Under the pieces are notes generated by a model. The model saw only the letters and a program-made list of their open reading frames with translations, made no database searches and had not been told where the DNA came from. 52,603 nucleotides of DNA, taken from a virus. Its lineage: Duplodnaviria; Caudoviricetes. Every line of letters starts with the position of its first letter. Positions within the stretch are counted from its first letter, which is position 1. The stretch covers positions 1 to 52,603 of IMG/VR virus record IMGVR_UViG_3300017704_000980, one strand, 5' to 3'. The translations under genes and the position numbers were made by a program. This document shows, piece by piece, positions 45,232 to 52,603 of this stretch.

Positions 45232-45262
45232 AAACAAAAATAGCTCCCAAAAGGGAGCTATT
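45232..45262 (-). terminator. rho-independent terminator
   Basis: AATAGCTCCC-TTTT-GGGAGCTATT then TTTGTTT. Confidence 0.75.
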
Positions 45263-45310
45263 AGTACAAGTTACTACTGTATTGAATCCGTTGGAGCTTA
45301 CTTTAGATCA

Positions 45311-45616
45311 TTAACGTACCTTATTCTTACTGAGCATAGCTTTAAGATCCTTGCCGAACGATGCGATGACTCCAGGGCCTACTGCATTACCTGCAGATTT
45401 TCTAGCACCTTTAATGGCCCTTTCCATATTATCTATAGCTACAGCGAGGTCACCAGCAGCTGCGGCAGGATCACCATACTGATAATCATCATACTCTGAA
45501 CCACCATAGTGGGCAAGCTCTTTATGGTTCTGCAAAGCCAATTTATCTTCATTTACCTTGCCTTCAGCCAACACTTCCTTGAGTACTTTCTTTATTTCAC
45601 TTCTCTTGATCTTCAT
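45311..45616 (-). CDS. hypothetical protein with MKIKRSEIKKVLKEVLAEG leader
   Basis: leader shared with neighbours; coupled to bS21 gene. Confidence 0.7.
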   Translation of the reverse strand: MKIKRSEIKKVLKEVLAEGKVNEDKLALQNHKELAHYGGSEYDDYQYGDPAAAAGDLAVAIDNMERAIKGARKSAGNAVGPGVIASFGKDLKAMLSKNKVR

Positions 45617-45843
45617 GTTATAGCTCTCCCATCGGCGGTCTTTTTGCGGCGGCGGGCTCTACGTTTGGTTTCACCTGGGCGTTCAAAATATTCACGCTTT
45701 CTCATCTCAACAATGATACCATTATACTTCATCTTACGTTTCATCCTTCGAAGCATATGGTCTATCGTTTCATCTGGATAATTCTTCACAACTGTAACAC
45801 CTGTTCCGATTGTCTTTCTTTTGAGCAACTGCTGTTCTGCCAT
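45613..45843 (-). CDS. rpsU: ribosomal protein bS21 homolog
   Basis: V.V....ETIDHMLRRMKRK....GII.EMRKREYFERPGETKRR matches bS21 (E.ID.ALRRFKR...G...E.RKRE.YEKP..KR). Confidence 0.88.
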   Translation of the reverse strand: MAEQQLLKRKTIGTGVTVVKNYPDETIDHMLRRMKRKMKYNGIIVEMRKREYFERPGETKRRARRRKKTADGRAIT

Positions 45844-45849
45844 TTATGC

Positions 45850-46197
45850 CTACACTTTCTTCATATCCGATACCATAGAATCATTCCTATGGAATACGGT
45901 TACGCCTTGATTAGCTAGATATTTGATAAATTCCTTTTGACTGATGGCATGGTTCCCACCTTTATATACATTCCTAAGGAAGTTCTTCACCGTCTGTATA
46001 TCAGTCTGTTGCTGGTTCGAAACCATTTTGTTAAGATCCTTGAACTCCTTAAAGGCTTCCTCTGCGCTATGGTACTCATCGCCACTGAAGACATGCTGGA
46101 TTGAAAGCTGCCCTCTTTGGCCACCTTGACCACCATAACCCGATGTGTACGAGCCACCATCACCCGACCCGAACTCTAATAGATCTCTCAGTTTCAT
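45850..46197 (-). CDS. hypothetical protein (start revised to MKLRDLLEF)
   Basis: TAATG overlap with upstream ORF; leader motif. Confidence 0.65.
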   Translation of the reverse strand: MKLRDLLEFGSGDGGSYTSGYGGQGGQRGQLSIQHVFSGDEYHSAEEAFKEFKDLNKMVSNQQQTDIQTVKNFLRNVYKGGNHAISQKEFIKYLANQGVTVFHRNDSMVSDMKKV

Positions 46198-46373
46198 TAC
46201 CAATTGCTCCAACTGTATTCGCACTTCGTGCAGCGGTTTAGCGGACCCTGACCCGCAGCGCCTCTTTCCATTCGGAGCTCGTGCTTGCCACCTTCGGGAC
46301 ATGGACCATTGAGCCTTGGTCTTTTTGTTTTCTTAATATCCCATGGATTTTTTGCTGCTTCAGTCAACTTCAT
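46197..46373 (-). CDS. small zinc-ribbon-like protein (start revised to MKLTEAAK)
   Basis: AAGGAG SD; CP...H...C..C. Confidence 0.6.
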   Translation of the reverse strand: MKLTEAAKNPWDIKKTKRPRLNGPCPEGGKHELRMERGAAGQGPLNRCTKCEYSWSNW

Positions 46374-46415
46374 TGTGCTCTCCTTACATCGACGCTGAGC
46401 GTAAGCCTTTACCAA

Positions 46416-46835
46416 TTAAGCTTCACTTTCAATCTCCTTCGATTTACTTCTATTCAAGAAACCTTCTGGTATTATCTGATCCATACGTTGTTGTGGTATC
46501 TCTATCTTTATGTTGCCAAGTTGTTCATTCATAATTGAACGTTCAGTGAAGAACATCCTGCCATCTTCATTGATGTGATAAACGTAGAAGGTTGTCTTCC
46601 ATATCCCCTTCCTAACTATCTTGGCAGGTGAACCTTCCAGTATGATAATATCATCCAATTCATATTCACCACCTCGTAGAACCATAATACCTGCAACGAA
46701 TGACTTCAATGTTTCCTTGAACATTATGAAAGCAGCCATGATTGCAAACAACCACCATATTTCACCAAGCACCAAACTAACATCTTGTGCTACAGATGAG
46801 TGTAGTGCTTTGTTCAATAGCTCTGCTTCATCCAT
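46416..46835 (-). CDS. membrane protein with MscS-like middle domain
   Basis: TM segment, then SFVAGIM..Y.LDDIIILEG..AKIV..GIWKTTF..I.NEQL pattern of MscS beta domain. Confidence 0.5.
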   Translation of the reverse strand: MDEAELLNKALHSSVAQDVSLVLGEIWWLFAIMAAFIMFKETLKSFVAGIMVLRGGEYELDDIIILEGSPAKIVRKGIWKTTFYVYHINEDGRMFFTERSIMNEQLGNIKIEIPQQRMDQIIPEGFLNRSKSKEIESEA

Positions 46836-46838
46836 TGC

Positions 46839-48293
46839 CTATCTCAAATTTGTTAACTTCATTTCTACCTTAACGAATTTATTATTAACTATCTCTATGG
46901 CTTGTGCCTTTGTCAGCTCAGGATTCTCATCCACTTCATCTTGAATGTGAGCCAGAATCTTCTTAAATTCAGGACCAGGCTTGAATCCCATTTCTATCAA
47001 ATCCTTACCATCGATTGGAAGGGCGATTTTATCATCGCCCTTTGGTAGGTTGAGACCACCAAGTCGCTTCCTAATGCCAGTGATCTGATTATCCATCTTC
47101 GAATCCTTAGCATGTGATCTATTGTCAGCATCCATAATATCCAGAGTGTCTTCAAGGTGGTCACCCATCTGCCTCTGTAGTTTCCTTAGGGCCTTATCAG
47201 AAATATCTTGACCCTCAGGGCCAGCTGTCTTTAGTCTCATATGATTTTCAATCGACTTGGCTACCTTATCGATCACATCATTAGGATACCTCAGCCTTTT
47301 CATGATAGCTTTTGCTATCTCTGCACCAACCTCTTCATGTCTATAGAAATGCACTTCACTATCTACGACAGAACGAGTGGCCTTCTTTCCAATGTCGTGC
47401 ATCAGTGCCCCGAGTCTCTTGGTCAGGACAGGTGGAACTTTCTCTAGCACAGTCATCGAATGATCAAAGGCATTTTGATCGTGATGCTTGTTCTGGGTTA
47501 CACCTGATAGATCATTCAGCTCTGGCATCACATGCTTCAGTAGCCCAGTTACCTTCATCAGTCTGATGGCTTGCTTAGGTCTCTTGGTCACCAGCATCTT
47601 GTCCAGTTCATCTCTGACACGCTCAGATGAGATGGAACCAATCTTCATCGCATTCTTCTTGATAGCTTTGATCATGAAGAGCGGTAGATCCCAACCATAT
47701 TTCGAAGTGAACCGAATGGCTCTCAGCATCCTGAGGGGATCTTCAGAGAAAATGACATCTGGATTAAGAGGAGTCCTTACTACACCCTTCTTTAGATCGG
47801 TTCTACCTTGGCCAGTTAGGTCCTTAATTTCACCCGTGGTTAGATCTTTCAGCAGCGAGTTGACTGTAAAGTCTCTTCTCTCCACATCCTGCTTCAGTGT
47901 CCCAGGTTTTACGTCAGGCTTCCTACTACCACGAGTATATTCCTCTGACCGTGTCATAACCACTTCGATATCTATGCCATCAAGACTTTCACCTTTATGC
48001 TCCTGACCTTTGAACTCAAACTTGGCTGTACCAAACTTAGGGTAGATCACCGGATTGGATCCGCGCTTGTAGATACCGAGTTTCTTGGTTACCCACTCAG
48101 CAAACTTGATTCCTCCATCCGGTAGTTCGACTACCAGATCGATATCTTTTGGTTCACTGCCAAGGAGTTCATCCCTAACATAGCCACCCGCAAGATACAC
48201 CTTACCCTTATATGGAGACTTACGAATAAGCTGCGATAGAAAATCCACCGCAGCTCGTTCCGCTTTACCTTCATGTAATTGTTTCAGTTTCAA
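46839..48293 (-). CDS. cca: CCA-adding tRNA nucleotidyltransferase with HD domain
   Basis: GGYVRDELLG..PKDIDL, FGT, RSEEY..GSRKP, RRDFTVN, EDPLRMLR, ERVRDEL, HD motif HDIGK..HEEVGA..HMR. Confidence 0.88.
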   Translation of the reverse strand: MKLKQLHEGKAERAAVDFLSQLIRKSPYKGKVYLAGGYVRDELLGSEPKDIDLVVELPDGGIKFAEWVTKKLGIYKRGSNPVIYPKFGTAKFEFKGQEHKGESLDGIDIEVVMTRSEEYTRGSRKPDVKPGTLKQDVERRDFTVNSLLKDLTTGEIKDLTGQGRTDLKKGVVRTPLNPDVIFSEDPLRMLRAIRFTSKYGWDLPLFMIKAIKKNAMKIGSISSERVRDELDKMLVTKRPKQAIRLMKVTGLLKHVMPELNDLSGVTQNKHHDQNAFDHSMTVLEKVPPVLTKRLGALMHDIGKKATRSVVDSEVHFYRHEEVGAEIAKAIMKRLRYPNDVIDKVAKSIENHMRLKTAGPEGQDISDKALRKLQRQMGDHLEDTLDIMDADNRSHAKDSKMDNQITGIRKRLGGLNLPKGDDKIALPIDGKDLIEMGFKPGPEFKKILAHIQDEVDENPELTKAQAIEIVNNKFVKVEMKLTNLR

Positions 48294-48302
48294 CTTCTTT
48301 CT

Positions 48303-48569
48303 TTATCCTAGATTTGTTTTCAATGCATGCTTAAAAAGTTTTGCACCCCTATCATATTCTGGCTCACTGCCATCTGCCGATTCTGCGATAAACTCATTGA
48401 TCTTTCTGCCGAGGGCAACGCCTAAAGTTTTACCCTTATCAGGCTTTGAAGACAAGAATGTATAAATGTATTTCACAAAATCATCGATAGTGGTAGTGGG
48501 ATCTTTAGCCTCTGTCAACATTTCATTGACCACCTTACGAATTTCACTCTTCTTTATTACTGTCGCCAC
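48303..48569 (-). CDS. hypothetical protein with IKKSEIRKVVNEMLTEA leader
   Basis: leader motif; GGAG SD. Confidence 0.7.
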   Translation of the reverse strand: MATVIKKSEIRKVVNEMLTEAKDPTTTIDDFVKYIYTFLSSKPDKGKTLGVALGRKINEFIAESADGSEPEYDRGAKLFKHALKTNLG

Positions 48570-48747
48570 TGGCTTTCTCCATATGCTTAGCTATCCTGAA
48601 TGTCAAAGCCTTTCGACCATTGATTGTTAGCTGACCTTTGTCATCCTTACCGAATGACTTCACTTCTTCTTTCTTATTTTTGAACTTTCCGACAAGTATA
48701 GTATCTCCAACTTCCAAATCCAAGTTGAGTACTTCCTTCAATTTCAT
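48544..48747 (-). CDS. small hypothetical protein (MKLKEV leader)
   Basis: leader motif; beta-rich VGDTILVGKFKNK segment. Confidence 0.65.
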   Translation of the reverse strand: MKLKEVLNLDLEVGDTILVGKFKNKKEEVKSFGKDDKGQLTINGRKALTFRIAKHMEKASGDSNKEE

Positions 48748-48777
48748 TTACCATCTCGCTTATGAGCCTTAGACATT

Positions 48778-50505
48778 TTACGTTTGATTTCTTCCCTTGA
48801 TATAGCTGGCAGTCTTCTTTTTAGAGACATTATTGAAATTGGTATCGATAACATCCTTCCAACCATCTACAACTTCAATCAACTTCTCACCATCTGCAAA
48901 GAAGGAGATCGTAATTACAAGCTCACTATCACTGCCAGCTTTGATAATACCCAAAGCGATTGGGGCTGTCTTTGCAGTCTTACCGGGCTTCCATGTTTTT
49001 ATAGAAGGGCGAGCTTTAAGTCCTTTCGATTTCAAAAGACCTACAAAATAATCGACAGCTAATTTCATTTCTGATTTTGCTTCTTCTGGACTTCTTAAGG
49101 CTTCAGTCATCTTGTTCTTGGTGATGCTCTTGTTGTCGAATATTTCAATTTCACCAAACCTGGTTGACAACCTGGTAATCATCTTTGCTTTTGACTGTGT
49201 GGTACCTGGATTTGTGACTTCCCAATTGCCGCCGTCAAAAACGAATTTGTCACCTTTCTTAGGTTTTGCTTCAGTCAACTGTATCCTACCTTCCATCAGT
49301 TCGATTTGAGCAGATGGTGCTTTGCTTTGAACAGCAGCCATTGCCGAATTGAATGTACCATCAGCTTGCTCGACGCGTCTTCTATTAACCCAGAAATACC
49401 ATGTCTTGAAATCCTCTGCCTTCGATTCATTGACGGCCGGGAAGTCAGTCAGATAAGCAGGCTTTCCATCAACACCTTTTTTGGCGAAGAGTACCACCGC
49501 TTGACGAGCCTTATCATAGTAGATATTTAATTCATTTTTGCGCTTTAGGAAACCCTGCAAAAATCTTTTATCTTTACTATCTACAATGTCGAGAGCATGT
49601 TGCGGGGTAATGACTGTACGATCTGCAGCTTTGGTATTTGGACGAGGAGAGCCTTGCTTATTCATTCTACGAGCATACTCCTTATCACCTGCATGAAGCA
49701 TAGCCTGTAAATCAGTGTCAGCTCCCTTCTTACCAGCTTGCCTTACAGCTTTGTTATATTGCTTTTTCTCGGCTGAAGTACCACTCTTCTTCCAACCAAT
49801 ACCACTCTTGGCTTTCTTCGATACACCAGGGATCTTCTTAATACCTTCATTCATATTTCCAGTAAGCTTCCTTGCAGAGTACCTCATCTTATAGTACTTT
49901 TTCTCTCCAGGAGATAATTGCTTGTTCATCCTCTTCGCTTTAGCTTGCGCATCGGCCTTACTCATAGGTTCAATATCTTTGCCAGTGGAATTATTTCTAG
50001 TACCAATGGATCCACCCTTGAGAAATACGCCCCACTTTTCAGAGGCTCGCTCTACAGCTTCATCTTTCTTCTTCGAATCACCGGCATCAATTACTTGACC
50101 GGTAGTTGGCTTACCAAGCTTTCTGTTCTTCTTGATCGAACCAACATCGCCATCATACCCTTCAACATCCACGTCATCACCACATTCACAAGTAAGCTGT
50201 CCACAATCTTCACAGGCAATCTCTGGTGAGTGCGCCTCTGTTACAATCCAGCTAGGTTCAATGGGAAAGTCTTGAGTCTGACCATCAATAGATACCATCA
50301 GCGGGTCGGAAGAAATAAGCCAACCTGTACCATCTTGAGATAATTCAATGAGCTCAAAGGGAGCTTCAGTGGTAAAGTGTACTTTCATCTCACCACTTCT
50401 TTTTCTTTGGTCTTCTCTTCTTGGCTCTGTTATTTCACGAATCACTTGCCCTTCTTTAAGAATTTCTCTAATAACTGTTTTTAGCTGACTTCTCATCACC
50501 TTCAT
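48778..50505 (-). CDS. multi-module basic protein with leader and repeated xxE(A/G/S) sites
   Basis: MKVMRSQLKTVIREILKEG leader; internal VTEA, MNEG, VNES, LTEA, MTEA. Confidence 0.75.
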   Translation of the reverse strand: MKVMRSQLKTVIREILKEGQVIREITEPRREDQRKRSGEMKVHFTTEAPFELIELSQDGTGWLISSDPLMVSIDGQTQDFPIEPSWIVTEAHSPEIACEDCGQLTCECGDDVDVEGYDGDVGSIKKNRKLGKPTTGQVIDAGDSKKKDEAVERASEKWGVFLKGGSIGTRNNSTGKDIEPMSKADAQAKAKRMNKQLSPGEKKYYKMRYSARKLTGNMNEGIKKIPGVSKKAKSGIGWKKSGTSAEKKQYNKAVRQAGKKGADTDLQAMLHAGDKEYARRMNKQGSPRPNTKAADRTVITPQHALDIVDSKDKRFLQGFLKRKNELNIYYDKARQAVVLFAKKGVDGKPAYLTDFPAVNESKAEDFKTWYFWVNRRRVEQADGTFNSAMAAVQSKAPSAQIELMEGRIQLTEAKPKKGDKFVFDGGNWEVTNPGTTQSKAKMITRLSTRFGEIEIFDNKSITKNKMTEALRSPEEAKSEMKLAVDYFVGLLKSKGLKARPSIKTWKPGKTAKTAPIALGIIKAGSDSELVITISFFADGEKLIEVVDGWKDVIDTNFNNVSKKKTASYIKGRNQT

Positions 50506-50996
50506 TAAATGTCTCCCAACAGATCATCATAGTTTATTTCTTCTGGAGCAATATCATTGTCACCTTTTCTTACATCGGATGCTTTAATTGTTCCTGCCGA
50601 TTCTTCCATTGGGACCGCTGGGCCGTGGGTAGTAAGCTCATCGGGAATCTCTGTATCCATAATGAGGTCATAGGTACTAGCGTCGCCCCCGGCTGCTTCA
50701 TACTTTTGTCTGGCCTCTTCACGACTCTGCCCTCGGCGAGCTAAGATCTTTTTGGCAGATCGTGTAGGACGGGCTGGTCTTGCTTCTTCGATGACCTCTT
50801 CATCGTTATCCCAATCATCAGTGACTGAATCATGGTTCTTAATACTTCCTTCAGAAAGCCGTCTTGTATTCTTCGCCTCTGAAATTAGAAACTGTCTCTC
50901 GACTTCTTCAGAGATGAACTTCTTCATCCTTGGAAGTATGAGGCGTGCTGTCTCTTTAGCTACTGCCTTTGAAAGTTCTTGTGCTGATATAGTCAT
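50505..50996 (-). CDS. hypothetical protein (start revised to MTISAQEL)
   Basis: AAGGA SD before ATG at 50996. Confidence 0.65.
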   Translation of the reverse strand: MTISAQELSKAVAKETARLILPRMKKFISEEVERQFLISEAKNTRRLSEGSIKNHDSVTDDWDNDEEVIEEARPARPTRSAKKILARRGQSREEARQKYEAAGGDASTYDLIMDTEIPDELTTHGPAVPMEESAGTIKASDVRKGDNDIAPEEINYDDLLGDI

Positions 50997-51009
50997 ATTA
51001 TATCCTTTA

Positions 51010-51300
51010 TTATCTTGCTGGCCTACGAGGCCAACCAATTCTTCCCATCGCCGTTTCAATACCTTGCTGATCCGATCTAACCTTCATTATGATTTCGCTT
51101 TTATTGATCGCCAATGTTTCTGCATCAAAAAATTTGACCATAGATGCAGCGGCATCACTTAAATCTTTTGAATTACTGCCTCTCATCGTAAGTTTAAGAT
51201 AGCGGCTCTGCTTGGTTGGTTCCACAATCCACTGTCTTGATGAACCTTCTTCAATTACTTCTTTGATGATCTGCTTCAGTTCACTCTTCTTGATTTTCAT
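51010..51300 (-). CDS. hypothetical protein with MKIKKSELKQIIKEVIEEG leader
   Basis: leader motif; ATGA coupling. Confidence 0.7.
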   Translation of the reverse strand: MKIKKSELKQIIKEVIEEGSSRQWIVEPTKQSRYLKLTMRGSNSKDLSDAAASMVKFFDAETLAINKSEIIMKVRSDQQGIETAMGRIGWPRRPAR

Positions 51301-51659
51301 ACCACCTTTACCCCCTTCTTCTTTTTGATCTGTTTAATGAAGTTCTTCATGGTGATCTGGTCTGAAGGTTCACCTGAAGTGATCTTACCTATTACCATCT
51401 GAAGCACATGTCTCTTTATCGTCTTGTTGTCTACCAGTTCTGGATACCTGGAGTAAAGCAAATCAATTGCATAATCGATCAGTTGCCTCTCGATGTCCGG
51501 ATCCAAGATACATTCGGGATCATAGGCTGATGTGGTCCCGTCACTTGGCGTATAGTGATATGGATGCCATGATGACCAAGTGCCACCGGCTCCATTTCCA
51601 CCACCGAGCGAATTATAACCACCTGAGCTATATGGGCCAAGAGCTTCCTTCAGTAGCAT
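51297..51659 (-). CDS. hypothetical protein (MLLKEALG leader)
   Basis: leader motif; TGATG coupling. Confidence 0.7.
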   Translation of the reverse strand: MLLKEALGPYSSGGYNSLGGGNGAGGTWSSWHPYHYTPSDGTTSAYDPECILDPDIERQLIDYAIDLLYSRYPELVDNKTIKRHVLQMVIGKITSGEPSDQITMKNFIKQIKKKKGVKVV

Positions 51660-51832
51660 CAGTACTTCAACTCCTTCGCTAGATATCTCGAGACCAATGT
51701 TGTTCTAAGATCCCCTTTCTTACTACGAATTCTTTTCAACCTCATCTTGACAAACTCCCTTACCTCAGGTGCCAACACTTGTGCAGCTTCCTCTTCAATA
51801 CTATTTGCTTCAAGTAATGTAGCTAGTTGCAC
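51659..51832 (-). CDS. small hypothetical protein (MQLATLLEAN...)
   Basis: 57-aa ORF, GAGG SD, stop overlaps next ATG; not in ORF track. Confidence 0.6.
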   Translation of the reverse strand: MQLATLLEANSIEEEAAQVLAPEVREFVKMRLKRIRSKKGDLRTTLVSRYLAKELKY

Positions 51833-51849
51833 CTATGCCTCTCCGTATT

Positions 51850-52251
51850 TTAGTACGTTATATCCTTAAATTCTTTATTTAAAGCGCTGGCATTCTTTCC
51901 ACTAAACTTTATTCCTGTACCAACTGTAATAACTGTATCGTCAGAAAATACACTCGGTGAGCCGACTTTAGAAACTGATAGACCATCTAACTTAGCTATT
52001 GTTTTTTCAAGTTTAGCAAAATCTGTATTCAGCTTTTTGATCGCGGCTGTTATTTGAGCTACTGTACACTCACCACCATTATTTACGCCGCGCTGGAGTG
52101 TTGGGCTTTTCGTTCCCTCCCACCATCTTATGTCAGTTGACCTAGTAACTACATCTAATGCCTTACCTGCATCAAATGTATCAGAAGTTTTCTTTGCTTC
52201 GACGAGTACCTCGTTTATAATAGATCTTAGCTCGGTCTTTCTTAATCGCAC
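51850..52251 (-). CDS. hypothetical protein with MRLRKTELRSIINEVLVEA leader
   Basis: leader motif; GGAG SD. Confidence 0.7.
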   Translation of the reverse strand: MRLRKTELRSIINEVLVEAKKTSDTFDAGKALDVVTRSTDIRWWEGTKSPTLQRGVNNGGECTVAQITAAIKKLNTDFAKLEKTIAKLDGLSVSKVGSPSVFSDDTVITVGTGIKFSGKNASALNKEFKDITY

Positions 52252-52388
52252 TTGTGTCTCTCCAAATCTTTTATTATCGACTTAACGTCACCTACAAGCT
52301 TCTTCGTTTTTGGATCCTCTGATCTTCTCACTTGATCCATTACAGCCTTGAGCTTCCGTATAACCCTTCTGTCAATCCCGTCTGCCAT
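52242..52388 (-). CDS. small hypothetical protein (MADGIDRRVIRKL...)
   Basis: 48-aa ORF coupled by TAATG; not in ORF track. Confidence 0.5.
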   Translation of the reverse strand: MADGIDRRVIRKLKAVMDQVRRSEDPKTKKLVGDVKSIIKDLERHKCD

Positions 52389-52603
52389 TAGTTACGCATT
52401 CCAACCTTTTCCTTTTTAACCAAAACCATAAGAGCAGCAAGGGCTTTGTTAACTATCTTTGCCTGCCTTCTCACCTCTGGACTAAAATCCTGTATGGATG
52501 ATACCATACTTATTGATGTTTTTGCATCCTGCATATTCGTTATCACTTCTTTCTTAGAATATTCAGGTGCATACGCTTTAAACTTGGGTGGCCTTTTAAC
52601 CGC
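52388..52603 (-). CDS. 3' end of an ORF starting outside the window
   Basis: open frame from window edge to TAA at 52388-52390. Confidence 0.5.
   Translation of the reverse strand, partial: AVKRPPKFKAYAPEYSKKEVITNMQDAKTSISMVSSIQDFSPEVRRQAKIVNKALAALMVLVKKEKVGMRN

Noticed and set aside
46830-46862. MKLTNLR*AMDEA: leader-like sequence across the CCA stop, in frame with the MscS-like gene
   Set aside because: In-frame neighbours arise by chance one time in three and the segment is simply the CCA C-terminus; no independent evidence of readthrough
277-51682. Plus-strand ORFs in the track, including the 339-aa ORF at 35297-36316
   Set aside because: All are antisense shadows of convincing minus-strand genes, lack recognisable motifs, and are expected from codon bias (especially in GC-rich genes)
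1-52603. Genome-wide TAG reassignment (alternative genetic code)
   Set aside because: Long genes are intact in code 11 and many end in TAG 1-10 nt before the next start (3069, 3475, 13309, 19102); only one suspicious in-frame TAG
1-52603. tRNA genes, CRISPR arrays, introns/inteins, integrase
   Set aside because: No cloverleaf-like intergenic sequence, regularly spaced repeats, intein motifs or recombinase seen by eye; a tRNAscan/Infernal run would be needed to exclude them formally

Overview
The window is a fragment of a large, T4-like (Tevenvirinae-style gene set) myovirus genome; essentially all genes lie on the minus strand. Reading in transcription order (right to left): a cluster of small proteins sharing an N-terminal 'MK(L/I)..(L/I)xE(A/G)' leader, with a CCA-adding/HD enzyme, an MscS-like membrane protein and a ribosomal protein bS21 homolog; prohead scaffold and gp23-like major capsid; an ~8.5 kb GC-heterogeneous early island (seven TTTAC-N17-TA(T/G)ATT promoters, repeated promoter/operator cassettes, a sigma-70-type factor, an AAA+ ATPase, many small ORFs); neck (gp13/gp14) and tail-completion (gp15) genes; three paralogous, unusually Cys-rich tail-fibre genes followed directly by a GT9/heptosyltransferase-like enzyme, one intact and one split carbamoyltransferase and an HldE/RfaE-type heptose kinase; tail sheath, tube, tail chaperone with a candidate +1/-2 programmed frameshift, tape measure, baseplate genes, a gp55-like late sigma factor and an ART-fold-like protein. 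The most promising candidate new system is the fibre-linked sugar/carbamoyl-transfer cassette (possible virion O-heptosylation plus carbamoylation); other highlights are the frameshift, an ATATTTAT late-promoter motif (reverse complement of T4's TATAAATA) and a family of putative head-packaged, protease-cleaved cargo proteins. All product calls are from motif recognition by eye; no database searches were run.
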